A stretch of DNA of 64,000 bases from Callorhinchus milii (lineage: Eukaryota): the NCBI RefSeq assembly GCF_018977255.1, contig NW_024704743.1, positions 96,040,001-96,104,000 of the forward strand, in the 5' to 3' direction. Positions 37,191 to 50,803 of this stretch are shown here, piece after piece. Each line of letters starts with the position of its first letter. Position 1 is the stretch's first letter. Under the pieces are notes generated by a model. That model was not told the DNA's origin. It searched no databases and saw nothing but the letters and a program-made list of their open reading frames with translations. The translations under genes were made by a program, and so were the position numbers.

Positions 37191-38988
37191 GTTAGTAGTA
37201 ATCGAGTTTCTAGTCAACAATTCACATTACAGATTGGAAATTTAAAATGAAAATGCCTGAACAGTCACTAAAACATCACCTTGCTATTGCTAACTATTTT
37301 ATCAATTAAGCCAGTGTGGCTTAACATGGTCCAATAACTCAGATAGCCCCTGAGAAACTTACAAGTCCAAGTCCATGGCTGGAAACCCCTGTCTTGGGTT
37401 GGTGATTTTTGTCAGTTGTCAGATGGTGGGCTGTGGAATAATGAGTTGGTCCATCTTATGGGAGGAAAAATTGGCAAAGGCTAACTTATTCCATTTTGAC
37501 ATTTTTCTTAAAATCCTCTTGCTTTTCCTTCTTTTGCTGCATTCCATAAGAAAGGATTTAGTGAACAGAAGAAAGGCCATTGGCATTGCTTCCATGTCTC
37601 TTTGTAAGTATGTTGGCCACACCTAGGAACGATGCTCTATATTGTAATCTTGCTGATGTTTTACGGAGTATAAGGATCACTTCCTTGGAATTGTTTGCTG
37701 TGGATTTACTTCTAGCTGTTCACATTGTTATTTTCCTTTGCAATTGTTGCCCAATAGTGTGAGGTATCGTTTAAGGTTTGGTCGACCATTACACCCAGAT
37801 TTTTTCTTGACACCCTATTTAATATGTATCTTTCATCCTGTAATTGTATATGCTACAAACTGAATGCATTACTTGATATTTCTCAATATTAAGTGTAATT
37901 TATTATGAATCTGCCCAGCAGCTATATGTCTGCAGCTTCCTAAATTTGATCTTTCCTTTGAACAGCCCACTTTCTCACAGATCTTAATATCATATATGAG
38001 TTTAGACATTGAGCTTTTATAACTTTTAGTTTTTTTTATGTCTTCCTTTCTCTCTCTCTTCCATTCTTAAAGGCAATAAATCATGCTGGTGAGTCGTTCC
38101 ATTGCTGTCAACCACCTTCAAGTTTCAGCAAAATGGTCATTCTTAATGTATGAGGTCCAGCCATTTGTGTTCGGACACTTTTTGACTATGGACACATCAT
38201 AGCCTATGCCTGTGGATCAGATGCCTTGTCAGCTATCAGCATCAGAAGCCCTGGCTTACTTTTCCCTCCCTAGTTCAGGAATACTGAAACAAATTCAGAG
38301 TTTCTCAAATGCTTTGTTCACACAATTGCTCCTAACCTCTAAGACGAGTATAACTGTACTGACAATTCTAGTCCCTTATAGTATTTTTTATGCACATCTC
38401 AAATGGTTTTCATTTATTGTGCTGTTCTTGTTAATGTCCGTGCAAGATTTTGTGAAAATAGTATTTTCTCAAATGCGGTTTGTCAAATGTACAGAAATAA
38501 ATGAAAACCATTTGAGATCTGCATCTGTTTACATTTCCTTTATTTTTCATATGATTAAGTGTTTTTAGGAAAACATTGCTCTGCGGCTACCAGATTTGAT
38601 GCTTGGTGGCCGCACACTAGGGCCATCAACAAAATGTGTTTGAGAATCACTGCACTAATTGTAGTGTCCTTAATTGTTAGCCCGGCTGAGATCAGCTACC
38701 GTAGCACAGACCAGGGATTGAACCACAAATCTTCCTGTCTGTACAACACAGTTCCACAATGGACAATGCTTAAGCCAATGAAGCATGAAACAGATCTGCT
38801 ACAGGCTCCACTGTGTAATTTGCAAAAACTGTATATTACCACGTGAGCATTATGTGCCATGTGTACAGAGAGAATAACAGGTGCCCTTAATTGTATAATT
38901 ATCGAGCAATCCTTATGATTTACATAATTAAGGGCATTTGTAATTTCCTCTGTACACGTATATACACATGATGCACATATGGCACACA

Positions 38989-39303
38989 TAATAATAATAA
39001 TAATCCTTGCATTTGATATAACGCTTTTCACGTCGGGAGGACGTCCCAAAGCACTTCACAGAACACTGTAAAGTGAATTGACTGTATATTTGTGGACGAA
39101 CGCGGCAGCCAATTGCACACAGCAATGTCCCACAAACAGTCGTAGATTGAAAATGACCAATTTATTATTGTTTTTGGTTTTGGAGGGATTATTATTAGGC
39201 GTGTGGAGTAAGGAAACTTGCCCAAGGTTTCACCCTGCCTGGAATTGAACTCAGGTCTCTCGCTTGCAAAGCGAGTGCTCTAACCACTGAGCTACAGGAC
39301 TCC
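38989..39303 (-). mobile_element. Full-length tRNA-derived SINE
   Basis: Reverse complement of the 20509-20820 family from (att)n tail to ggagtcc head. Confidence 0.88.
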
Positions 39304-42300
39304 ATAAAGACCAGTATGAGCCCTTGTGCAAGCCTGAAAACAACTATCCAATTTGAACTGAAATCATGGACAACAATACAATATTTTCTATCATTGAAAC
39401 TTATTTAATCTAAATCATAATATCATCATTATTTATGTACAAATGACAAATGGCTAGGACATTAGGAGAAGCACCCTTCTCTTTTTGAATCATGCCATGG
39501 GATCTTTAACCTTCACTTGAATAGGCAGGTGGGATCTTGGTTTAACGTCTCATCCAAAAGACTTCAAAGGACTTCAAAATTCCCTCTTTACTTTCATTAA
39601 GTGTTTTTAAAATGTGTTCTTAACAGACTGTGATGTGTTTCTTAGAGTTGTCCTGCTATTAGGTCTCTATTTAACAGAATAAATGCTTCTGACATTTTCT
39701 ATAATTAAAGAACATTAATTATTTCCAAACTACCTTTAATCTGGTAGTTTATGAGGTTTGGGCAATCCTCCTGACTTGAAAGGCGCTATACAAATATAAT
39801 TTGTTGTTTTTGTTGTTGTTATGAGTTCACCCTACAGTGTATCTGAGTGAGTTTGATAATTTTGTACCAATTTTTGGTTAGTTATGTCCTGTTTGTGCTG
39901 TGGATTACAAATTCTTGTATGAAGTTGTGGAACAGTGGTTATTAATCACGAATACTTATAAAAGGGGAAACGTAATTATTGTATGTGTGAACATTTACAG
40001 CATCAGTGTGTTTGAAATGAATACATCAGGTAATGGATTAAGTAACATTGTATTGATGAAAGCAAACCAGGTCATGCCAGTGACGAATCATTTATGTGCA
40101 GTGGAAAACATAAAAAAAAACTTTGGAAAGCCACCGATCATGGAGGAAAATGGAAAATAATTAGTTAACAAGAATCCTATGAGGTATTTAAGAGATTAGA
40201 ACTATGAAAGCAATTTGTAGCCTTGCAATATAAGTGGGAAAGAAGCCAGTGCCATAAAAGTTACAGATGCATATAAGACACGAGCCCCCAAATTGTTTAT
40301 TTGTGTAAAGAGACTAATCATCCTGCATTTCACTCCTAAAATCTGTCCGTGACCCAGGCTGGAAAGGACAGTAATGTATAAAATTTGGTAAAATCGTGAT
40401 TGGTCTTATCTGTGTCTGTCCTTCCGCTACACACACTCACATAGACACACACAAAGCCTGAAGGCATTTACTATTGAGGCTCACATTTGTCAAATGAACA
40501 AGGTGCTGGTCTTGCAAAGACAGAATTATTTTATTAATTTGAGAAACCTAAAGTGAAAGTCCAGTGTTCAAGGTGTGGGGTGCCAAACTTGAAAAGAGTA
40601 CAATTAACAGAAAATACAATGTTCACCTTTGATAATTGCTGTTCCATTGGAATAAATACTAAGGATAACCTGAAATTATATTATAACTAAGGGTTATAAA
40701 ACTATAACATAATATAGTTTATGTAACTACCCTGCCCTCCATGGCTCCTGATCACAACCTCTAGCTCGGGTCCAAATCCCTGACTGTCCTGCGCTGTAGT
40801 TTGTTGTTGTTGAAATCTATGGCTTTGGCAGAGATAAGGAAAGTGTGTCTGAGCTAGTATTATTACTGCGCCTTGGGACGTCCTCCTGACGTGAAAGGCG
40901 CTTTATAAATGGAATCTTGTTGTTGTTGTTGTACTGATCAATCGTGCTGTAAAGCTGTGCAAGAAATTTGTCTTAAGATTATTATTGAAGAGATTGAAGT
41001 CCAAAATACAAGTTAGGTTTACAGACCAGGGGCAATCCAAGTTCATATATACTTTGGTTATATAACACTCTTTGTTATATAATTAACCATTGAAACAAAG
41101 TGCTGAATCACCTCCTTTTCATCAATAGTCAATTACATAAATTAGTACACCATTATGTGTTCAAACATGATTACTCCATGGGCTATTAACCCAACCCACA
41201 ATTCAGATCCATTATGTAAAGAAGAAAAGTAACTACCCAGTACAGAACTTGTCCAACTAGGATTGTCTTACCCTTGAAGGTTTTAGCTTCTGGATTGAGA
41301 ATGTTTTACATTCAATAACCCAAGTTGACACATAGCTATTTAGGTGGAGTAGCAGACATCTTGCAATACCTGGGGAATCATGTGCCAGTGACTTCAGGAA
41401 AGCAGGGGAGAAAATTGGGGGAAGGTTTATGTAAATCTAAAACTATTAGGCTTATCTTAATTTGCCCTAGTTAGTAATTGAAGTTTGTCTGTTTTTTGAC
41501 TGGAGATGAGTAACTTTGGTGAAAGCCTAAGGCTTGGTTCTCAGGATTTTGCAGGAATCAATGGCAATGACCGTAGACAGCACATTTAAAAAGGGTTGCA
41601 CGTACTATTTATATCTCAGGTTTTAGATAGCATTGTAAAACAAAAAAAACACTGGTTTATTCTAAAGAGAAATCCGACCACAATATAATTTTTCCTTATA
41701 TAGCATCTTTTCATGTTGGAGGACGTCCCAAAGCGCTTGACAATTCTGGGCGAGGAAGGTGAGCGGGGAGGAGGGGATTGGTCAATATAGGGTTCAAGAC
41801 TGCATCATTGTACTTACATATCCAGAGTTGGAGCTATTGATGGAGGTAACTGTGTCCTTATGAAGTGGTTCCTCGCTGAGAGGTGTCGGAGGATGAGATT
41901 AGAGGGTATTCTTTAAACAGAGGGAGTAACACATGGACAGCAATACTCTGAAAGAGATTTTTTAATTTTGTTTAGAGCAATTCCACACTCTTGGCTTGTG
42001 ACGCATGGTGTTGGAACACAGTGCCATATTGATTCAATCTCCTGTGTCGTTCTGTTCCGGATCTCAGCTGTACTGCTGTGGGTCAGTGCTGAGCTGATAG
42101 GAGTAGATCTACTCTAGCAAACTGCTACATGCCTGCCAATGCTGGGCTTTAAGTATTGTAGTGTTATCACCTTCGGTAACGAACACTGCCATAGTGGGGT
42201 TGGAACCATTTGCAGGAAGAGGGTCACCTCCCCCTCACTATTGCTGCACGTCCCCCAGTCACCCTTGCTGAAACTTACTTTATCTTACCCCATCCGCACT

Positions 42301-42887
42301 CTTTGCTCATGTTGTCTCTCTCTCTCTCTCACACACACAAACAACCTCAGTTATGTAATTCACAGTCAATAATACCTTAAACATAGATGTAATTCTCAGA
42401 TTGGATTGTGTTAAGTTGTATTATTTGCAATGATGTCATATACCTTAAGAAGAAAGACACATTTGATCCAAGGGACACTGGACAATAGTCTATTATAAGA
42501 CTGCTATATAAATGGTTTGTTTTCATTAGCATAAAAGGATAGGAAAGAAAACTCAACCATACATAAAATCTGGTGGTGTTTGTCCACTGTTAAAGTACTG
42601 ACTAGGATTTTTTTGTGTTCCACATATTCAAAGAGATGAAACATAATTAAAACCTTTGATTACTTTAGTTACACAGTACTGGATATACGGTCCTATGAGT
42701 TGCTGAGACTGTTAAGGTTTCTTAGGTTTCAGCATTCCAAAGTTAGTTGTGCCTTAGCTGTGTTGGAGATCTGTTGCAATCATTCATTCTCATTTTATTT
42801 TATCCCTGTAAATGTAATGCCATGTTACTTAGATTAAGATCTTATTCTTTTTTATAAAAAAACAATTGTGCTTGAATTCCATCATAG

Positions 42888-43106
42888 GTTCTAAACAGGT
42901 ACACCTCTGTGCCCCTCATTCCCATCGCCCCTGCCCCCATCATCCCTATGCTACCTCAACCATTTGTGTGTAAGACTAACATGCGAGACTGCATCCGTAT
43001 GCGAGGGCTGCCTTACGCCGCCAACATTGAGGACATTTTGCACTTCCTGGGAGAGTTTACCTGTGACATCCGACCACATGGCGTTCATATGGTGTTAAAT
43101 CAGCAG
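42888..43106 (+). CDS. ESRP1: ESRP1 exon 11 (219 nt, RRM3 start)
   Basis: [20 protein letters not shown]...[24 protein letters not shown]...GVHMVLNQQ; catag / CAG|gtgagc. Confidence 0.97.
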
Positions 43107-44664
43107 GTGAGCTTGTTTCAATGGTTCAAGTGAACAGAAGGAATCTTTACTGGTCTAAACGTTAAATAAAGTGGGACACTAGTTTGGAAATGCTACAAAT
43201 TAAAATAATAGTCATTAGAAAGAAGGATGTTTGTGGTTAGAGTGAAGAGTCCATTTGTTTTTCAGTGACTTTGCAAGTACGGTACATCGTATTTGTATTA
43301 CTGTAGCTGGTGAAACACAGTGAGTGTTTATGCTCAGTGTTTCTTGGGGAATTGCCACTGTTTTGACAGATTTGTCACCAATTGTAAGGAATAAACTGGG
43401 CTGCAGTCAGTGATAGTCACTTTGGAGACCTCTCTTTTCAGCACTCAATGGGGGTGGTATCAGGACTGGTAGGCAATCTAAATGCAGTTAGTATGAGCAC
43501 CACTCCCCAAGGTCCATTCAATGCTCTGAATAATATTAAAAATAACTCTCATTGACAGAGCTCCTTTCATTCATTCAGGAGGAATCAGGATATACTGCAA
43601 AATATAATGACTGTGTGTTGGTAGGAAAACCTAGTAGACAATATACGCACAGCAACTGTAGCACAAACAGACGTAGAATGAATGACTAATCTTATCTGGG
43701 AGATGTGCAGAATATTTCCATCTTACTGAGCAAGCACAAAAGGCTTTGCACGTTCCAGCAAGCACTGGAAACACTCGTGAGAGTGGTTGCTGGCTTTCTG
43801 GACACTTGTGCACCCAGGTGCTACCCAGTATCATGTGACACATTACAAGGTGGGGATCTGACTTTTACAGACCCAAAGCACTGTATTTTAAAGGGTCTAC
43901 CTGTACCTCTTGGAATGTGGTCAAAATACTGCACAAATAATTACTGCTTAAACTATTTCACAGGAAACTGGATAGATATCTAAAAAAGAGTAAATTACAG
44001 GATTGAGGAGAAGGCAGGTAAATGGGGCAGAAAGAATTGCTTTTTAAAAAGCCAGCGCAGACACGATGAACCAAATGGTCTTCTCCTATGTTGTAAATGT
44101 CTACAATTCTATCCCAGTTCACGTTTTCAATGTGTTTAAACACAGTATTATACAAGCAAGAAAACTTCAGGCTCATTCTTATTCAGTTTGACAATGCAGC
44201 CGGAACCTATCACAGATCCAGTACCATGTCGATAAGTGAACTGATATTATCGTTAACAATAGAAGCTATTATTCACATTATGCAAACAGCCTGTTATCAT
44301 CTGTACTTCCTCTTTTTTAGCACCAAGTAGCTGATCCATTGGTTGATAATATTTTCATAAGAATATATTTCTAGTTCTTCCCCTTTTCTTGAAAAATATT
44401 TTTTTACATGGAATAATACAAATTGTCCTTGTGTTTGGTGCAGCACCTTTCACATCAGGAGAATAACTCAAAGCTTTTCACAGGATTTACTGTAAAATGT
44501 AAAGTGTGTAGGCAAATGAAGCTGCCAATTTGCACACAGCAATGTCCCACAAACAGCCATTACATTTTTGGTCAGCTGGGTGTCTGACAATGCAGAAACC
44601 CATGACTATGCTTAAGGGTATCCAAACCAGACTTGAGAGTTCCACATATGCATGCCATCTACAC

Positions 44665-44707
44665 ATGAAGTCATCGGACCGAGCATTCCTGATTTCACAG
44701 AAGTGTC
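44665..44707 (+). pseudogene. 43-bp duplicated fragment of ESRP1 exon 12 inside an intronic repeat
   Basis: 39/43 identical to 45327-45369 (MKSSDRAFLISQKC vs [14 protein letters not shown]). Confidence 0.9.
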
Positions 44708-45296
44708 TGGAATAGAATGTGCATTCTCTCCCTGGAGGGCCACACCCTGCCTTCACAATTCTGTGGAATATTAGGCACAAGTTGGGAAGAGCCAAGGTTC
44801 CTCAAGGCTTGGGAATCCCAGAGTATGCAATGGAGGCTAAAACCGAATAGGACAATATTGACAACACTGTCTGCCGAGCTTCCCACGATTAATCCAAGCT
44901 AGGACCACTCTACCTTTTAGGGCTTTGACTTGCAGGGTTAACAGGAGCTGAGTGGGAAGAATTCCAGCTCCCACTGACCAGTCTACTCCTCCACATCCAG
45001 CTGATAAGCAAACAGTGTCACGGAATGTTTAACATCCACCAGAACAGACATACACATCACCTACAAATACAGTCACGACACTTTACAATATATCCTGTGA
45101 AGCGCTATGAGAGAACCTTCCAATGGAAACCAATTGTATGGGTTATGATTATATAAACATTCATTTTTGTTCCTAATCAATTGTATTTAGTAAAGTGCTT
45201 TGAGATATTTATTTCACATGAAAGGCGCTATACAAGTGCAAGTTATCATTATGATGTACCTGCTGACGTTTGTTCCTACACAAATTGTCTTCTTAG

Positions 45297-45495
45297 GGCC
45301 GGCCGTCAGGTGATGCTTTTATCCAGATGAAGTCAACGGACCGAGCGTTCCTGACTTCACAGAGGTGTCACAAGAGAACGATGAAGGACCGATATGTTGA
45401 GGTGTTCCAGTGTTCAGCTGAGGAAATGAACTTTGTATTATTGGGTGGCACTTTAAATCGAAATGGCTTGTCCCCACCGCCATGTAAGTTACCAT
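45297..45495 (+). CDS. ESRP1: ESRP1 exon 12 (RRM3 end) with tandem donors ending at 45483 or 45495 (+/- CKLP)
   Basis: [18 protein letters not shown]...[31 protein letters not shown](CKLP); CCAT|gtaagt occurs twice, 12 nt apart. Confidence 0.96.
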
Positions 45496-47734
45496 GTAAG
45501 TTTGCTTGGCTGCTGACGGTTCTTTCTGCTGCACGCTGGTAGGTGCTGGAGCTTTTAACTCTTATGTTCCTGGTTCTTTGTGATTCAGGAGGTTTGGTAC
45601 CAATTCTGTCAATCTCAGGGTTTAATGGTTTTGATCATATTGGTTTTATTGTTCTTCATTTGTGGATGACTGTGTGTTAGTGAACATTTTGAAACTATAA
45701 GACGCTCCATGGTATTGGACTTTTTTCAACAACTTGAGTCAAGCGTGGGTTTAAAAAAATATGTGTTTTGCTGTTAACAAGCTGAAAGAAACTCATTAAG
45801 ATTCTGGTAGTTCCATAATTCACATTAATAGCCAGATCTGTGAAAATATGTTTAATGTATGAGAATAAGATTGAGGCTCAATGAATACAAAACTGCTTTT
45901 TAATTGTTACTGGTGTCCTGGCCTCTATCACCATTTCCAGCAACCTGTTCCAGTCATTGATCACCTCGGGTTTAAAAAGACATCTTCCTGGTATCTGTGC
46001 TGAAACTGCCCTTTACCACTCTTGTTCTGCTGTTGCATCCTGAAATATTGATCTAGCATTGAGTATTAAAGGAGAGCAATGGTATTGCAACATGCAAGGC
46101 AAACTGTTAATCTTTATCTTAAATACAAAATCTAAAAACAAAAATTGAAATTTGTATTCTGCAGCTGTGAATACAAAGTCAGGACCAAATACTTTACTGC
46201 TATACCACCAGGTTACTCTCATATAGTTCGCTGAAGGTTACTTTATTCTGTGGTTTCCCAAAGATATCTGGCTAAGTAAATAGATTCTTAACTAAATTGA
46301 TTTCAAATATTATTAGTGGGATTATTATTAGGGGGGATTTATAATTTTTTAAGTCTGATTTTCAAACAGTTGGAATAGTTTTAAATTTGCAAAGACCAGT
46401 GTCTTAATCCCATATGGCGTCCTTATAGTTTGATCTTTTTATATCTTTTATTTCTCATTGAGCTTATGCAAATATCACCTTTGAAAGTGCGGTCAGGCTT
46501 CTGATGTAATCAGTAATGTGGTGAGGGGTAGGCTGTGGGGCTGTTCGTGATGTAGGTTCAATGTATGTATTGTGTATTGCCGTGGGAGTTGGTCTAACTG
46601 TTGGAATTGCAGTATCCCTCACTGTGGGCACACACACCAGTGCTTCAGGAAGGTCACAAATTCAGATGTTGCTGGTTTTTGGAATTCACAAGATTTGTCA
46701 GATTTTTAAAAAAAACACTTTTGCTCTTGTTTATATGAGGCTGCTAGTCCTGGATTCTCAGTCACTAAATTCATTACGTTGGTAAAGATTTTATTCTGAT
46801 TTGTTGATGTTTTGTGTCAAATATGGACAAATATCAGAATATCAACTAATTCCTGGCATTTCCCAAATATGTGTAAAATAGAAAAATAAATGACTGATTA
46901 GAACCAGCCACAGACCAGATCTGCTGCTTTGTTTGGTGTCATCTTTCCTTGGTTTACTAACTGAATGTGGACGCCAACAACTATTTGTTTTTAGGACCTG
47001 ATGGCATTACTGGTCCAAAGCTTAAGGTTTAGAATCTGCTGACAAAATCTCCCAATTGTAAATCAACCTTCCTTTGCAATCTCAGAATTTAGTGGATAAT
47101 AGGGTTGAAAAAATGCTTGTATGGAAGTGGCATCGTAACTGTCTGGAAAGGCACCTCAGGACGCAAAGAGCACCTCCACCAGGAAAGCCCAAGCACTCTG
47201 CATTGACTCAAAGGACCAGTTCAAATTTCATTGGTACTTGAGGACACCAAGTTGGTGTAACATATGGTGAGGGCACTCAGCGGGAGATGCACTTTATCTC
47301 CTGAGGCACTTTTACTTGTAAGTGGCACCAATTATGCTACCTACTCTATAATCAAGAAGCTTTTTCAGCTCCTTATATATCAGAACAAGGTCATTTATCA
47401 ACTGAAAGTTAGTCTGAATCCTGATTCGTAAGTCGATTCAGTCTGTGGGTTTACAGCTGTAGAAGAATTACTAATTCATATTCAAATTGTCTTTAACTGG
47501 AAATATTAAGTGCACAATATTTAAAAATGTCCATTAAAAGATCAGTGTTTTCAGTGACCTGGTTCATGTTGTGTCCATCAGTAGGGAACTGTCTCTTTCA
47601 ACAGATCAACATTTAAAAAGGAGTTTGGTGTGTTGCTGTCAAAATATACAGTTTTCTTCAGATTAACATCAACATTTAAGTAATATTCAGACTTGCCACC
47701 AACACTAGATTCAGCCAGAAGTGGACCAGTTGTG

Positions 47735-48025
47735 AGGACCAGTTGGTAGCACTCGTGCCTCTCTGAGTCTGAAGGCTGTGAACTAAAGTCCCACGTTTGG
47801 GCTTTGAGCTCATAGTCAAGGCTGACCCTTCACTGTGGTGCATCAGATGTGATATTAAACTGAGGTCTGGTCTGCCTGTTCAGATGGATGTTGAAGATCC
47901 TGTGATACTATTTGAAAAGGGAAGGGAGTTCAAATTCACTCTAGCGTGAATCCTGTAAAGTGCTTTGGGATATTTCGATAACGTGATAAGGCGTGATATC
48001 AAATGCAAGGATTGTTATTATTATT
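47735..48025 (+). mobile_element. DeuSINE-like (SacSINE1-type) SINE; related copies at ~29400-29670 (+), ~36225-36575 (-), ~63408-63710 (+)
   Basis: Head cagttggtagcactc...tctgagtc.gaagg.tgtg, core actatttgaa..gggagtt, shared L2-type tail; family name from recognition only. Confidence 0.6.
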
Positions 48026-48977
48026 TCAATGATTTGGATTTATATGGTCACCAATCATAAGTCATTCTCCTCTTCCCCCAACATGAAACTAAAAATGACT
48101 GTCTGGATGTTCTTTCACACATGCACATTATTTCTCTTTTTCTAGTAATTCAATTCACCAGATTCAAACCTGGGAAAATGTGCAAATGTGGTCCTGGTCC
48201 TCTCCTTGTTCACCTTATTCTTAAACCTCCAACTTCTCCCTGTATTTCCGCCTCTGATTCCAGTACTGATGCTTTGATTTGCTTTCTTCCAATTGGTCTG
48301 TCCCATATTTCCCTTGAATCCACCTACTGTAATTTATACTGTTTATACTGTGTTTCCTCCCTTCCTTCCTCCCACTGAAAGAGTAAGCAAGACCTTTATT
48401 TATCTTTTCACCAATTATTTGAATCATGATTCAAGGATCACCACCTTTGAGTTCAAAATCGCAGTCCACAAAACATTGTAGCCTGGGTTTAAATTTGCTA
48501 TCCTCAATAACTAGAAAGGAAAAAGTTCAGAGGGAATGGCAGTGATGACCCGTGGGACAAGACTGAAGCTGATCAAGTGCAGGGCTCCGTAATGCTGTAG
48601 CCACACACTACAATATAGTACTGTGTTTAGGTCTAATTTACAGCATCTAATGGGCTTCCTTAATAAGGAATTGCATTGTTCAATAGGAATTCTACTCAAG
48701 AAGCAGAATGCGTTGGTTATCAGAAAGAATCTCTGCACTTCTTGGATTCCTTTTTAAGGAATCACATTAAGAAAACGTGCAAATTAGACCCCAATGACTA
48801 CTGCTAAGATCACTTTATGCTCGTTGTGCATGCACGCTATACACATATCACTGCTTGTGATTCATAATTCCTGAAGAAAATGTCCCATGTGCAGGAAGTG
48901 ATGTTAGCGGAACTTCCTGCTCAAAGCTTCAGGACCTGGAACTCATACAGCCTGGGCTGACATTCCAAAGTGATGCT

Positions 48978-49164
48978 GTTGTGAGTTGGTCAGTTCCTGT
49001 TTTCTACTTGTGCAGTACATAGGAAATGATGTTGACAGAGACCTTATGACCTGGAAGTTGGCTAAAAATGGCTTAAAATGGCTGACTTAAGATGGTCAAG
49101 TTTCTGCTGATGTCATTTCCTGTTTGTTGCATATGTGGAAATCAGGAATTGGTCAGCTCCCAAC
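48978..49164 (+). other. Long imperfect hairpin in ESRP1 intron 12
   Basis: 48983-49042 pairs with 49100-49159: 42 Watson-Crick, 14 G-U, 4 mismatches; inner stem aagttggcta/tggctgactt. Confidence 0.85.
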
Positions 49165-50803
49165 CAATAATCCTCTAACATTCCCCCTGCCTTCCCAATA
49201 ATTTATAGGACCAGATCTTTACCGGATAATCTTCTCAAGTAAACCTTCCCACCTGGAATTTCTTCTTGATCACTTCTACGCCCAGACCCCCCCCGCCCCC
49301 CCCTCCACCAGTAAAAAGAAAAAACACATGCCCTCCTTGGGTTGGCTGGTTTGGTCGGCCCTTCCCTGTTCTATTCTGAAGCACTGTTATATGTTGCCAC
49401 GTTGGCAGGATTTCAACAGTGGATTGTTAACATTGCTGACAGGATCCTGAGGAAAATTGCTCAGGTCTTGTGGTTACATACTTTATTAAGAATCTGGTTT
49501 CTTCTGGACTTGCGCAAAACAATGTGATAAATTTCACAGGGTTGATTGGCTTGATGGAGCTTTGGTGGATGGTACATGGGAGCTGTTAAGTTTTAGAATG
49601 TGTTGTGTCTGTGGAGAACAGTACTTGGAACACACCTTATCTAAGGCCCACTATACACTGGGCACCATAGCCCTGAAAATGATTAATTAAGAACTGTGCT
49701 CTGGGTTCAGCTATTTGTATTTGGTCAGTCATCTGTGACCACTAAATAAGTCATCTAACTCTTTGAGAACTGAATTTGTATTAAGGGATTTAAAATACCT
49801 ACACATATATTTAAAATACATTTGAAATACCTATACATATCTCAAATATGTACAATGAAGTGCAGTATCAGTGGGGTGTACAGAACCACAACACATTGTT
49901 TCATTCACTGTTTTGAAAACTGGTGTACTTTTCTGAAGATAAATGAGAATCAGAGGAATCCGTAGGACAGCAGAACATTTAGTAATTATAGTGTTTTCAA
50001 AATAAATACTAATAAACTACTTTTCTATGGGGATGTCATTGTTTGGTATTGAGCCACACATGCTGGAAAATTCTTGGTTCGTTGTCTGATTTCTGCTGAG
50101 TCAGCTGATCCTGGCTTGCGATGCAGTGATAGAGCATTACAATGAACTACATGGCCCAGCGTTGGGGGGAAAAGGAGAATTAACCAAGATTTCCACTGTG
50201 TGTGTGTGTGCGTGCTCGTGTGATCTTTCATTCTGCCTCTTTTTCTTTCTCTCTCTCTGACTCTTTGTCTCTGTTTCACACTCTGTGTCTCTCCCTCAGC
50301 ATGGAAATTTGTCTCTCTCTCTTTGTTTCTCTCTCATGGCCTGGCATTGCGAAATGCACAGTCAAGGTACTCCATAATCCTGTGAAGTGTTTGAGTCTGT
50401 GGAGACGTAAATCTCCACATTCCCATCAAATACCCCTCCCATCACAGCATCAAGCTGCTTCTTAAATGAGTCCAGTTCTTACATTACCTATATTATCCTT
50501 CCTGCCAGCCTGTTCCAGTTGTTGATTACCCTCTTCATAAAGAAAACCTTCCTGGCATTTATTTTCAAATTGCCTTTTACAACTCTAAACCTATATCCTC
50601 TTGTTCTACTGTGCTGATGCATCCTAAAGTATTGATTTGGGTTTACAAAAGGAAGAGAAGAGATTTAGGGATAAGGAGGAAATGCACTTTAGTACTCAGT
50701 GTTAGATGTATTTAGGATGACATTTCTCAAGGAAATGGGTTACCTCTGTGCTTTTTTGCTGCACATCCCGAGCCCTGTGATATTTCTTTCTTCTCGTGTC
50801 TAG

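Noticed and set aside
44530..44715. Mutually exclusive duplicate of exon 12
   Set aside because: Only 43 nt are homologous, with no flanking splice sites and a stop soon after; reported as a captured fragment instead
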